Source: a candidate division FCPU426 bacterium
Lineage (GTDB): Bacteria; Oederibacteriota; JAAXVQ01; JAUVAV01
Direction of reading: 5' to 3'
NCBI GenBank assembly: GCA_030591525.1
Contig: JAUVAV010000008.1
Location: 15,839-79,838 of the forward strand
DNA length: 64,000 nt
Of this stretch, positions 38,575 through 48,800 are shown one piece after another (the stretch's first letter is position 1; each line of letters opens with the position of its first letter). A program made the position numbers and the translations under genes. The notes beneath the pieces were generated by a model, which did not search any database, had not been told where the DNA came from, and saw only the letters and a program-made list of their open reading frames with translations.

Positions 38575-39426
38575 TTACCATTTATATTTTTTCCGGAAAT
38601 GGCTTCGCAGAAAAATAGCAAACAGATTGATTCCCAACACCAAAGCGATCAGCACCAGCGCGGTTCCGTACTGCAAAGGCCGGACCAGATCCATTTCGTG
38701 GTGCTGGGTGGCTAAAATGTACAAGTGATACGGCAGAACCATTACCTGATCGAATATGGACCCGGGCAACCTGGGCAGATAAAAAGCCGCTACAGTCAGC
38801 AAAATAGGCGCGGTCTCGCCGGCCACACGTCCAACCCCCAGAATCGAGCCGGTCAGCATGCCGGACACGGAATAAGGCAGCACGTTCTTATATATGGTCT
38901 GCCATTTGGTCGCGCCCAAGGCCAGGCTGCCCTCGCGCAGCCCCAGGGGCACTGCCCGCAGCGCCTCTTCGCTGGATACAATAATCGTAGGCAGAATCAT
39001 GCAAGCCAGGGTCAGTATCCCTGCCAGGATGGAGGTGCCGAAATTCAAAAAAATCACGAATAATCCCAATCCGAATAAACCGAAAACAATCGAGGGCACC
39101 CCGGCCAGGGTTACAATCGCCAGGCGGATAGCACGTGTAAAACGGCCGGGCTTGGCGTACTCGGAAAGATATACCGCGCTCAACATTCCCAAGGGCAAGG
39201 CTATCAGTATGGTACCCAAAACCAGGCAGAGAGTGCCTATAATCGCCGGAAAAATGCCGCCCTTGGTTCCGCCTCCGCTGGGCGCGGTAAACAGGAATTC
39301 CCAGCTGATGACCGGCAGTCCTTTTATTACAATATCAAAAATAATCCAACTGATAGTTAAAATTATAAAATAGGTGGTAATCCGGAATGCCCAGTAGATC
39401 CATTTTTCCGTCCATCGGCTTTTCAT
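38575..39426 (-). CDS. pstA: Phosphate ABC transporter permease PstA
   Basis: It has 6 TM helices and the second permease position of the pst operon. Confidence 0.85.
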   Translation of the reverse strand: MKSRWTEKWIYWAFRITTYFIILTISWIIFDIVIKGLPVISWEFLFTAPSGGGTKGGIFPAIIGTLCLVLGTILIALPLGMLSAVYLSEYAKPGRFTRAIRLAIVTLAGVPSIVFGLFGLGLFVIFLNFGTSILAGILTLACMILPTIIVSSEEALRAVPLGLREGSLALGATKWQTIYKNVLPYSVSGMLTGSILGVGRVAGETAPILLTVAAFYLPRLPGSIFDQVMVLPYHLYILATQHHEMDLVRPLQYGTALVLIALVLGINLFAIFLRSHFRKKYKW

Positions 39427-39433
39427 TTATGCT

Positions 39434-40309
39434 TCACCTTTGTTGGTAAGTATGCAAAACCTTTTGCGCAATATAATTGATAATGAAAGTCGCAAAAAGC
39501 AGAACCAGCCCGACCCAGAACAAGGCCCCGTAATGTTCCGACCCAAAAGCCACCTCGCCCATTTCCGACGCAATTACGGCAGTCATGGTATAAACCGGCT
39601 CAACCGGGGACAACGTAACAATCGGCGCATTGCCCGTACACATAAGCACTGCCATGGTCTCGCCGATGACCCGGCCCATGCCCAGCATAACCGCGGCAAT
39701 TATGCCGGAAAGTGCGGCTGGAACAATGACCTTGATAATGGTCTGCATCCGGGTAGCTCCCATGGCCAGGGAGGCTTCCTTGTAAGATTGGGGAACGCTT
39801 TTAATCGCGTCCTCGGAAATAGTAATTATAGTTGGGATTGACATCAGGGCCAGGAGCAGGGCGCCGGTTAGCGCGGTGAGCCCGGAACTCAGGCCGAATA
39901 TTTCCTTTATAATCGGCCCGAGCACAATCAGTCCGAAAAAGCCTATTACCACCGAGGGTATGCCGGCCAGCAGTTCAATAAAAGGCTTGAAAATTTCGCG
40001 CTCCCAGGGAGCGGCAATCTCGGCAATATAAATGGCTCCGCACACGCCGAACGGAATTGCGATCAAGGTAGCCACCATGGTTACCACCAGTGATCCGGTA
40101 ACCAGGGGCAGCAATCCAAACCGTTCTTGAACAAACGAGACCGGCGCCCAGCGGCTGTCCAGCAGTTTCCCCAGTCCGGGCTCCTGCAAAAAAGGGACGG
40201 CCTCTTTGCCCAGGAAACCGAATATCAGCAGCACTATAAGAATGCTGGTGGAGGCCGCCCCTAAAAAGCAGTATTTGATAAGCTTGTCTTTAACCGGACC
40301 GGGAAGCAT
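39434..40309 (-). CDS. pstC: Phosphate ABC transporter permease PstC
   Basis: It has 6 TM helices and the first permease position after pstS. Confidence 0.85.
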   Translation of the reverse strand: MLPGPVKDKLIKYCFLGAASTSILIVLLIFGFLGKEAVPFLQEPGLGKLLDSRWAPVSFVQERFGLLPLVTGSLVVTMVATLIAIPFGVCGAIYIAEIAAPWEREIFKPFIELLAGIPSVVIGFFGLIVLGPIIKEIFGLSSGLTALTGALLLALMSIPTIITISEDAIKSVPQSYKEASLAMGATRMQTIIKVIVPAALSGIIAAVMLGMGRVIGETMAVLMCTGNAPIVTLSPVEPVYTMTAVIASEMGEVAFGSEHYGALFWVGLVLLFATFIINYIAQKVLHTYQQR

Positions 40310-40312
40310 TAT

Positions 40313-41149
40313 TTATTTAACCGCTACAAATCCTGCCTGGGTAACTACCTGCTGGCCCGTTTCGCTCAGGATTAAATCCAAATACTTTTTCGCCGTGCCT
40401 TTGGGTTTGCCAACTGTGTAAAGGTAGAGCGGGCGATTTATGACATACGAATTATCCACCACGGTTTTCTGGGAAGGCGCCACGCCCTCTACCTTGAGTC
40501 CCTTAACTTTGTCTTTGTTTTTAGCCAGGTAGCCCAGGCCTACATAACCAATAGCCCATTTATCCTGGGTAATTGTCTGTATAATGGCGGAATTGGAGGC
40601 CAGGTTCATCATTCTATCCGAATAATCCTCTTTTTCGCAGACCTTCTTATTAAAGAAAGCATACGTACCTGAAGCGGTATTGCGGCCGGTCAGAACGATC
40701 TTTTTGTTCGGTCCGCCCACTTTTTTCCAATTGGTATACGCTCCCACATATATCTTCTTGAGCTGCTCCAGGCTGAGATCGCTTACCGGATTCTTGGGAT
40801 TTACAATTACGGCTATGCCGTCACGCGCCACTGTATGTTCCTTGATATCCAGACCTTTCTTTTTCGCGAGTTTTAATTCCTTGGCTTTAATCTTGCGTGA
40901 GGCATTGGCAATATCAGCCGTGCCATTAAGCAGGGCCGCTATCCCGGTTCCGGAGCCGCCGCCGGTTACCGCGATATCCGCGCTCTTATTCTCCTGCATG
41001 AATATTTCCGCCCACTCGGTCGCCATATGTACTATTGTGTCCGAGCCCTTCACCTGCAGGCTCGTTTTTTTTGCGGCCGCGTTATCCACTGCCAGACCGC
41101 TTCCCATTAAAAGTGCTGCGCTTAGCATTACTGCCAGTCTTTTTTTCAT
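40313..41149 (-). CDS. pstS: Phosphate-binding protein PstS
   Basis: It has a signal peptide and periplasmic-binding-protein sequence (GSDTIVHMATEWAE...TGGGSGTGIAAL). It is the first gene of the pst operon. Confidence 0.85.
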   Translation of the reverse strand: MKKRLAVMLSAALLMGSGLAVDNAAAKKTSLQVKGSDTIVHMATEWAEIFMQENKSADIAVTGGGSGTGIAALLNGTADIANASRKIKAKELKLAKKKGLDIKEHTVARDGIAVIVNPKNPVSDLSLEQLKKIYVGAYTNWKKVGGPNKKIVLTGRNTASGTYAFFNKKVCEKEDYSDRMMNLASNSAIIQTITQDKWAIGYVGLGYLAKNKDKVKGLKVEGVAPSQKTVVDNSYVINRPLYLYTVGKPKGTAKKYLDLILSETGQQVVTQAGFVAVK

Positions 41150-41233
41150 TTTTTCTCTCCTTTTTTTAATTTAAGTTGCGAATCGCAACCCCTGTCTTAT
41201 TTCTTCTGCAATTCAGACAGTAGCAAAACCTTC

Positions 41234-41343
41234 TGTCATTCCGGCATGATTTTAGCCCTGGACTAAACCCTCCAGGACAGGCCGGAATCCAGGGAATTTA
41301 TCGGTCAAATCCATCCTGGACCCCGGCTTTCGCCGGGGTGACG
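41234..41343. repeat. Family B element (second copy) between the porin and pstS genes
   Basis: Near-identical to 11502-11636, including the CCTGGACCCCGGCTTTCGCCGGGGTGACG terminal hairpin. Confidence 0.8.
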
Positions 41344-41451
41344 ACTATAGAAGGCCCAAAGATAGTTACTGTCCGAACCGCAGTTATTTCGTTTATATAT
41401 TACTTTTCTAATGTTAGGATTTGGTTAGCATTCTATTAGCTTTTCATAAGT

Positions 41452-42582
41452 TTAAAACACATACTGGGTCTGAACGAACAACTCATTCATATTATTGCCG
41501 TCCACCCCATCCCGGTTTTTGCCCATCTGGTAAGTAAGCTGCAATTTAACGTCATGCTTTAATATAAAATAGTTTAACCCCACTGACGAAGCAGACCAAA
41601 TAAACTCATATCCGGCCGCGTCCTGGACTTGATATCCCAGCACAATTTCCAGGGTCTTTGGCAGGATCATGTAACCTGCTTCAATGGCCGCATTTTTCAA
41701 CTCGGTTCCACTGTCCAGGTATATACCGCTGTCAATGCCCGGTTCTATCAGTCCGGCCTGGAAATAATTATACTCGGCATCCAGGGAAATCCCAAATCCC
41801 CGGAAACCGGCATGGCCTTCAAAAGCGCCGACATAATCCACGTCCTTTTTGCTTCTGCCTGCGTCCAGGTTGTCCCCATCATTTTTCCAATTGAAACCGG
41901 CCACGCCGATGAGCACTTTGGGCTCGCCTTTAAAATCGCCCTGTTTGGCCTTAAAATGCCCCAAAGGATACCAGTCAATATTGGCGCCGCCTATGACGCC
42001 CTGGCTCCAATCACTGCCCGCACCGATGTGAATCGGAGTGTCAAAATCCAGCTTTTTATTATCCGGATCAACCGCGCCCATGGCCACGGAAGCCGCCCAG
42101 TTGATGGTCTTTTCCTCAAAATGACCGCTTACATGAATACCCGGCTGCCGGTCTGGCGTTCCATAGTTATGATCGCCGACAAAGGTACGCTCAACCAACT
42201 GCTGATATTTTGAGGAAGTACGCCCTTCCAGGGAAAACGGAAAGACCATATTGCCAATACCAACATTGATATCTTCCCAGCCTTTATATTGGAAATAAGC
42301 ATCCTTAATACTGACGCCGCCTTTTCCCATGTCCCACTGAAACTTTCCTTTCCAGTTTTTGTGTACGCTCCCTTCGATATAAGGCCGCAAGCGCCGGAAT
42401 AATATCTTGTCACTGCGCTCGCCGCCCTCGGGATCTTTCCAATGATATTGCAGCTGGATCCGGCCCCCGAGTTTGACATAATCGCCCTCCTCGGTCTTGT
42501 ATTTCACCCCGCCGGCAATGGCCGCCTGCCAACCCGCCAGGCTGAACATTAACCCTAAAGTTATTACTATAATTCTTTTCAT
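41452..42582 (-). CDS. Phosphate-selective porin O/P family outer-membrane protein
   Basis: It has a signal peptide, a beta-strand-rich sequence and a C-terminal Phe (..QTQYVF). Its position heads the pst locus, as in OprO/OprP. Confidence 0.65.
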   Translation of the reverse strand: MKRIIVITLGLMFSLAGWQAAIAGGVKYKTEEGDYVKLGGRIQLQYHWKDPEGGERSDKILFRRLRPYIEGSVHKNWKGKFQWDMGKGGVSIKDAYFQYKGWEDINVGIGNMVFPFSLEGRTSSKYQQLVERTFVGDHNYGTPDRQPGIHVSGHFEEKTINWAASVAMGAVDPDNKKLDFDTPIHIGAGSDWSQGVIGGANIDWYPLGHFKAKQGDFKGEPKVLIGVAGFNWKNDGDNLDAGRSKKDVDYVGAFEGHAGFRGFGISLDAEYNYFQAGLIEPGIDSGIYLDSGTELKNAAIEAGYMILPKTLEIVLGYQVQDAAGYEFIWSASSVGLNYFILKHDVKLQLTYQMGKNRDGVDGNNMNELFVQTQYVF

Positions 42583-42903
42583 GCAATTTTCCTCCTCAGA
42601 TTATTTGTAATTAGTAATAGTAGCTTTGCCTTAGGTAATTATTAACTCTTTACTATCATTCCCGCCCTTCTTCTATTGTCACCTCCCTTAAGTTGTTTTC
42701 CTTCCCGCTTTCGCTGATCTCGGCGGATAATATATTTTCGTGATTAGGATTTTGTTAGGGAAGTGCTAAAATTATGTAAGCTTTTTGACCTTTCAGCACC
42801 GACCGGCGCAAACCGGCTAAATGTTTTTGTGAATTATAGCAGAACTCAAATCAGGTTTTCGTGAGGAATGAATGTTTTTCGTTAAAATTGCAGGTAAAGG
42901 GAG

Positions 42904-43596
42904 TCATTTATTTCTCCGCTTGGTGCTCCGCACCCGGTAAAGGCGTTCGGTAAAACCACCCTCGTTTTCAAAATCCGCAGCCAGTCTCACAATCTGACGA
43001 TCGAGAAAATAGCAGGCTAAATTCAACAAAGAGAGCGTGGCATTAGCAACCAGGCAGGCAGATGACAAGGACTCGCACGGACCATCACTGACATTCACAG
43101 ACTCCTTAACTTGCAAGACCGGCCGATTCACATTGGTGTCCGTGTTCGTCCGTGAGTCTCTGTCAGTCTGTGTCTGTCCCTGTTTGTCCGTGTCTATCCC
43201 ATTTCGGCGTTCCTCCGCAACCCACTGTTGCAATTCGTCCAGTGTCTGGCAACGTCGCTCCTTAAACCGGATCAGAACCGGGTGCTGCGGTTCCAGCATC
43301 TCCAGTCCGCGCTGCCTTAAAAAATCCTCATAGTCCAGCTTCAATTCCTCCAGGCTGGCCCGCGCTACACTTGTCAACTTCAGTTCAAATTTTTTCGATG
43401 TACCCGACGCCTGGCTCCCCTCGGCGATATTCTGCACGCCTGAGCGTGCCGCCTGCACCATCTGATCATGCGTGCGGCTTCGTCTGTCGATGTAACGGTC
43501 ACAAAACCGCACTGTTACGTCATAGGCAAGTTGCGCAATCTGAAAGCTCTTCAGCTTCCGGTAACCGCCGTGTTTCGGGATTAATGGTTCAGACAT
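42904..43596 (-). CDS. Four-helix-bundle protein (23S rRNA intervening-sequence protein family) with a C-terminal suffix domain and a low-complexity insert
   Basis: It has the family core ..QIAQLAYDVTVRFCDRY...QMVQAARSGVQNIAEGSQ...ARASLEEL. It is 230 aa with a TD/TN-rich insert encoded by the gtc(c/t)gtgtct repeats at 43125-43200. Confidence 0.6.
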   Translation of the reverse strand: MSEPLIPKHGGYRKLKSFQIAQLAYDVTVRFCDRYIDRRSRTHDQMVQAARSGVQNIAEGSQASGTSKKFELKLTSVARASLEELKLDYEDFLRQRGLEMLEPQHPVLIRFKERRCQTLDELQQWVAEERRNGIDTDKQGQTQTDRDSRTNTDTNVNRPVLQVKESVNVSDGPCESLSSACLVANATLSLLNLACYFLDRQIVRLAADFENEGGFTERLYRVRSTKRRNK

Positions 43597-43687
43597 TTAT
43601 TTTTCTCCATGCTTGTCAATGTTTCCCTGTTGGGTTCAATTTGTAGATGCTCCAGGTTTCAAGTCCTTGAATTTATCAATGATTGTG

Positions 43688-43873
43688 TCAAGCACTTAAG
43701 ACCCTTCTCCTTGACCCCTCCTGCTTCTCTGCCGCCATCAGCTTCTGTGTCAGCCAGACAGTTTTATCTTCATATCGAACCTCAATGCTCTCTTCCCCGC
43801 TTTGGGCAGTAAAAATAATAAATTCAGCCGTGCTATTGTGTATTTGCAATTTGTTACGAGCTTTCTTTTTCAT
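43688..43873 (-). pseudogene. Remnant of a RhuM-family (virulence protein RhuM-like) gene, N-terminal ~45 aa only
   Basis: The segment IIFTAQSGEESIEVRYEDKTVWLTQKLMA matches the conserved RhuM N-terminus. The frame then diverges and terminates after 61 aa. Confidence 0.4.
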
Positions 43874-43977
43874 CTCTAAATCTCCTTTAGTTACTCCGCC
43901 ACTCTCAGTGTCTGTAAACCAAGCACCCGGTACAGGTATCCATAACTATTATTTCATCCACATAAAACAATCAAAAC

Positions 43978-45270
43978 TTACCGCATTTTTCGCATTTTAC
44001 CTTCCCAAGCCAGCACTAACGCTTTATTGCCTCTTGATGCTTCAGAAATAACAGCAGACAATATTTGAGTTTCTGCACGATGAGTGCCAATATAACCGGA
44101 ACGAATCAGACCAACAATATCTGCTTCCCTCAAGTATATACCCTTCAAGGCATTATAACTCAAACGTATTCCACCTCTTGGCCCCGCGGCCACAGGAGAC
44201 TCCAGTATCTGATTTAAGTGGTGAAGGGAAATCACAAAAGACTGGCAGGAATCTTGTTCAACGCTTCTTTTCACAAATTTAAAGAAAAAAGGGTTACTAT
44301 TCAGACGGTAGTCTGATATTTTAGTTTTAAAATCCGGAAATTTCATCCTTTTAATTTCATTTTTTAACTGTTTATCAGGTCTAAACACCCAGTCTTTATT
44401 TCCGGATTCACTTCGCGCTTTTTCCAACATTTTATATTGGATCATAACAATATTTCCGCTGATTTCGTTAACATAGATCAGATCCACTCCAAACATCTTT
44501 TCCAAAGGCAACTTGTTCGCTGTATAAATCACGAGCCGTTCATCGCGCTTCTCGAAAACAGCCCTCCCCGTAATATCTTGTTCAATCGCATCAAACCCTG
44601 GCAGCTGGCAGGCATCTTTCCGAATAACATTGTCTTCATATAAATAAGATCCAATCGAGCTAACTTCTGACGCTGCATTTGTTTTTACTGCAACGTCGGT
44701 CGGGATTTGGTTTGCATGAAGACCGAAAGCTGACATTGCAGAACGAATGGCATTCTCCTGAGCCCAATTTATATTTGGAGTACGTACTAACTGAGGCAAT
44801 TGCTTAGCTGCGGTTTCCATTGCACTTTGATTTCTCTGGTCTTTTGCGAGCATATCTATCAATTGAACGCTCAACTTTGGCGTGAGCGCAGAAAAAAGAA
44901 CCTCGTCTGATATTTTTCTATTAAATAAGTTGCGAAAGCGGTTATTTGATAATTTTTGTCCAATTGCTTTAAGCGCAGAGGGCTTAATCAATCTGAGCTT
45001 TTTTATCGTTAGGCGAGAGTCAAAAGTGCTTACCGCTTTTTTTACCTTTGCAGTTCCAAGGTAACACTTGGTTTTGTTCTGCTCTTGAGTCTCCAGCAAA
45101 CATAATGTCGGCAGTTTAAAATCACCAAAAACCAAGTGTGATCGCGCAATGGTTAGATGCTCAAATCCTTGTCGCGACTCATTTAGAAAGTTTGATAATC
45201 CTTCATCAAACCTAATCAGAACAACAGGTTTCTTTTCAACCCACCTGGAAATTTCGTTTGCAATGTTCAT
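43978..45270 (-). CDS. Hypothetical protein with a C-terminal PD-(D/E)xK-like nuclease motif (candidate Shedu/DUF4263-like defence nuclease)
   Basis: 430 aa with no TM or signal peptide. The motif ..ERLVIYTANK..GVDLIYVNEISGNIVMIQYK.. has the spacing of the PD-(D/E)xK motifs II and III. ATG 45270 is preferred over the tool's TTG at 45276. Confidence 0.45.
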   Translation of the reverse strand: MNIANEISRWVEKKPVVLIRFDEGLSNFLNESRQGFEHLTIARSHLVFGDFKLPTLCLLETQEQNKTKCYLGTAKVKKAVSTFDSRLTIKKLRLIKPSALKAIGQKLSNNRFRNLFNRKISDEVLFSALTPKLSVQLIDMLAKDQRNQSAMETAAKQLPQLVRTPNINWAQENAIRSAMSAFGLHANQIPTDVAVKTNAASEVSSIGSYLYEDNVIRKDACQLPGFDAIEQDITGRAVFEKRDERLVIYTANKLPLEKMFGVDLIYVNEISGNIVMIQYKMLEKARSESGNKDWVFRPDKQLKNEIKRMKFPDFKTKISDYRLNSNPFFFKFVKRSVEQDSCQSFVISLHHLNQILESPVAAGPRGGIRLSYNALKGIYLREADIVGLIRSGYIGTHRAETQILSAVISEASRGNKALVLAWEGKMRKMR

Positions 45271-45684
45271 TAACAATACACTCCTTCAATTTCTCCGCCA
45301 TCTTCACTTTTCAGATAAATAACATTCAGGTCTATTAGCTTGCATTTGGCACCTAACCCTATTTCAACCATCCCGAGGAAGTCCTTAAAATGGTCTGCAA
45401 CATCATATCCACTGTTTGTACACATTTCTTTAGCTCACTCAATAACAGCGTGGTTGCATTCATCTCTGAATTCCCTGGAGCTTCTTCTTCATTTCCACCT
45501 TAACCCCAACCAGCTCTTTTTCCAGTGTATCAATTTCTGCTTCTTCCTCAAAAGGCTGAATTGTAACTCATATTGTGACAAATTCAACTCAAATTCCTTC
45601 TGCTATGTGTAAATTGCAAAACCATTTTATCAGCTAATTTATAGCCCAATATTTTATAGGAGACATGGTGCTTTCTCCTTTTTT

Positions 45685-45822
45685 CCAGGAGCTTGAGCAT
45701 TTAGTCTGCTTTTTGAGAGTAGATAGTAGAAAGTAGACCGCATTTGAGATATTTTATCTAATTTCTACTATCGAATCTCAAATGCTCTGAAGCCTGAGTA
45801 ACTAGTTGCTCAGGCTTCTAGG
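45685..45822. repeat. Family C miniature inverted-repeat element (canonical copy). Its right terminal inverted repeat overlaps the stop codon of the giant gene.
   Basis: The sequence is CCAGGAGCTTGAGCATTTAGTC-...AGTAGATAGTAGAAAGTAGACCGCATTTGAGATATTTTATCTAATTTCTACTATCGAATCTCAAATGCTC...-GAGCCTGAGTAACTAGTTGCTCAGGCTTCTAGG. Confidence 0.85.
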
Positions 45823-48800
45823 CCGCGCCGGCGTATGACAAAGACATTTCCCGGATACGACGAGGCGGACGTAACTGCTGCCCATTGGAGTGAAAGATTT
45901 CGTCGTCGTACAAGGTCATCAACTGTTCCTTGAGAAGATCGTCTTTCAAAAGCCGGGCGGGTATTACGCGCTTGATCAAACCTGCCTGGCCGGCGCGAAA
46001 TTGAAGGACTTGCTGGTTGGCCGGGTCAATATGCCGGAAGATCAGTAAAATATGGTCGCGATATGCCAGATCACCCGCCAGCTTGGCACGCCGCATTTCT
46101 TTCATAAGATGGTGCATGATGGATGTGAGAATCTCGCCGTTTTGCGGCGAGTTATCCAACCGGTGCAGGGTACGCATCAGCCAGGCGTCCTGGTTCAAGC
46201 AGCGTTCCCGGATCCGGCGGGAAATAACCGATTTATCATGCAGTTCGGGATCTGCGGCCAGGACTTCTTGTAAGTAACGGCCGGGCGCCAGGTAAAAAGC
46301 GGTTCCATTGATTTTATTCGCATGGTAAATGATCATCTTCAAATGATGATCGATTTCATCAGCTTGAGTATGGGTTATCCGCAGTATCCATAGGAAAACA
46401 GGCGAACGATTCATCAATTTCCGGCCGTCGTGCCATTGCTTTTTTATATGGTCATTCTCCGGAACCGCGTGCCAGGCGCGGCCGTTAACCACTTTTAAGA
46501 TGTCTTTTATGGCTTTCCAAAAAGCCGGCTGCCGCATAAGAAGAATAACCAACAGGATTCCGGGAAGCTTGCGTTGGGAAACGCCAAGCTTCAGGTGCAG
46601 GGAATGTTGTCCGGCCTTTTTAAGCGCCCGGGATCCCATCACCAGTGCCAAGACGAAAAGCACCAGCCGTGATACTTTTTTGCGGGCGGCTATGGCGGTA
46701 TCAGCGCCGGTTTCCTCTCCCGGCAGGCGAATTCCTTCTTTTTCAAGGCCGGAGAATCCGGCAGACCGTCCCGCCACGCCGGCCGCCGCGCTTCGGAAAT
46801 CCGCAAAGGGTGCCTGCAGCGCTTCTTCAGAAATTACCGGTACCGGGCCTTGGCGGAAAACAGCTATACGATAAAGATCATCGCGGTAATGTGTCCGCCG
46901 GATGGCTTCCGCTTCATCCTTTGAAAAGTCCAACCGCCCGGAACTCTGTTCCTCCCGGACGCGCTGTTCAAAGGCGGCCTGCGCGGCTTGATTATCCGCC
47001 AAACCGGCTGCCGCCTCTCCCACCGAGGCGTGCATATCGGATGCCAGACTTTGCTTTTTTGCCCACCAGGCCAGGCGGTCCAGATCTACACCGTCTTTCC
47101 ACCCGTGGGCTCCAGGGCAATAATTAATAAACATGATACTGCCGGCCTTCAATTTGCGGGAAGCTTGCGTCATAACTTGGTAAGGAGTAAACCAGCAGAC
47201 TGCCACGCCGTCCTGGGCCTTACGGGCTTGGGCCTGCAAAATCTTCCGGCGTTCTTTGAAATAAGCGTTCAGCCCGGGTATGCCATCTAACTCAACCTCC
47301 CGGTTATCCGCCGCAATAAACCGAACCTTACCGGCACTGTTCATTTCTATCCGGACTGTGTTTTGATATTGCCCGCTCAGGATAATCATGCCTTTGAAAG
47401 CAGCCATGCTCTCCAGAGCGGCCGGCGTTTGCTCTCCCGCGGGAATATTAACCAGGCGCATATTCTTTAAAAAATCCCGATAGGTTTGCGCCGCCCCGGG
47501 ACGGATTTCCATGCGCTGGTTGAAGTAAGCTGTAATATCTTCCTGCAAACCGTCAATGTCCGTAACCAAGGTATATTTGCCCTTAAATTTCGCCGGGCCG
47601 CCTAATTGTTTCCACTGCCGGAAGGCGTACTCGGCAATCGCCGGACCCTGCCCCCGGTGCAGAATCCGCTGGTATGCGCTGTAGCCGGCTTGCAATCGTT
47701 CTTCCGCCTCCTGACTTGCCAGAGAATCAGGCTCCGGGTAAAACGTATCTGCCCGGGCTGCCAGGAAACCCAAATGTACCAGCCCCGCAGACACGCCGTT
47801 GCCAATAACCCGGCCTCCCAGCCAGCCGGCCGCAGCGCTCCAGACGGCCGCCAATCCGGTTAAGATCCACTCTTTCCGGCGGAAGCGTTTGAACCCGGAT
47901 CCAATCAAGGATAAGAATAGGCGCTGGTCCGGCTGAATTGGTTCCAGCATAAACCGCAACTTTTGGCCCAGAGGGCTGGTTTTAAAACGGAGCCAGGGCC
48001 GGATCAGAAAGAAACGCTGCCATTGGCCGGACCCCGGGGGTTGAGGTTTGATATTAAGCTCACGGTGGCGTTCCATAAGATTTATCAAAGACGCAGATTC
48101 TTCCTGCCTGAGCTGCTGCGCCATAGTCCCCGGAGACTTCCGGCTCCACTTCTGAAGCCAATCATCAGCCAGTCTTCCGGCGATCCCGCGAAACCTCTCA
48201 CGCGCTGCTTCCAGCTGGCCGGAATCGTAGACAGCATACGGTTCCGGCCAGGGATGAGCCAGCCGGGTGATTCCCGCCTTCTGGATTAAACGGCTGAATC
48301 CTTCCTCTTTGGTCAAGTCCTTGCTAGGGCAGTTGCTGGAGACCGCGGAAAGAGTAATCGGAACTTTGGAATAGCGGTTAATACGTTCCTTCAGAGTCTG
48401 CAGAAACAGAGGCGCCGCCTGGTTTAAATTCCGGACAACCAGCAAGCGTCCCAACTGCTCCTCCTCAATATGCATAAGCAGCGCGGGCAGCACCCAAGGA
48501 TGACAGGAATTTATTTCGGGCGCTTCTATTTTATATTCAATATCCAAAAGATGTGTGATTTCCGGGCAAACCACAACGATTCGGATTTTTTCCTTGTCAT
48601 AGACATGCCGGGGAGGCGCCCGGCTGATGAAAACCGCGGGTTCAAATTTTTTCAGCCGGCCTAAAAAGCTCAGTCGTTCAATAACTAACCGCTCCAAGCC
48701 GAAAAAACTCAACACCCAGGGGGCCGCTTTTTCATAAAGCAGATAGCCATCGGCATTTTTAACCTCAGAATTAATCGCATAGCGTTTTTGCAGAGCCCTG

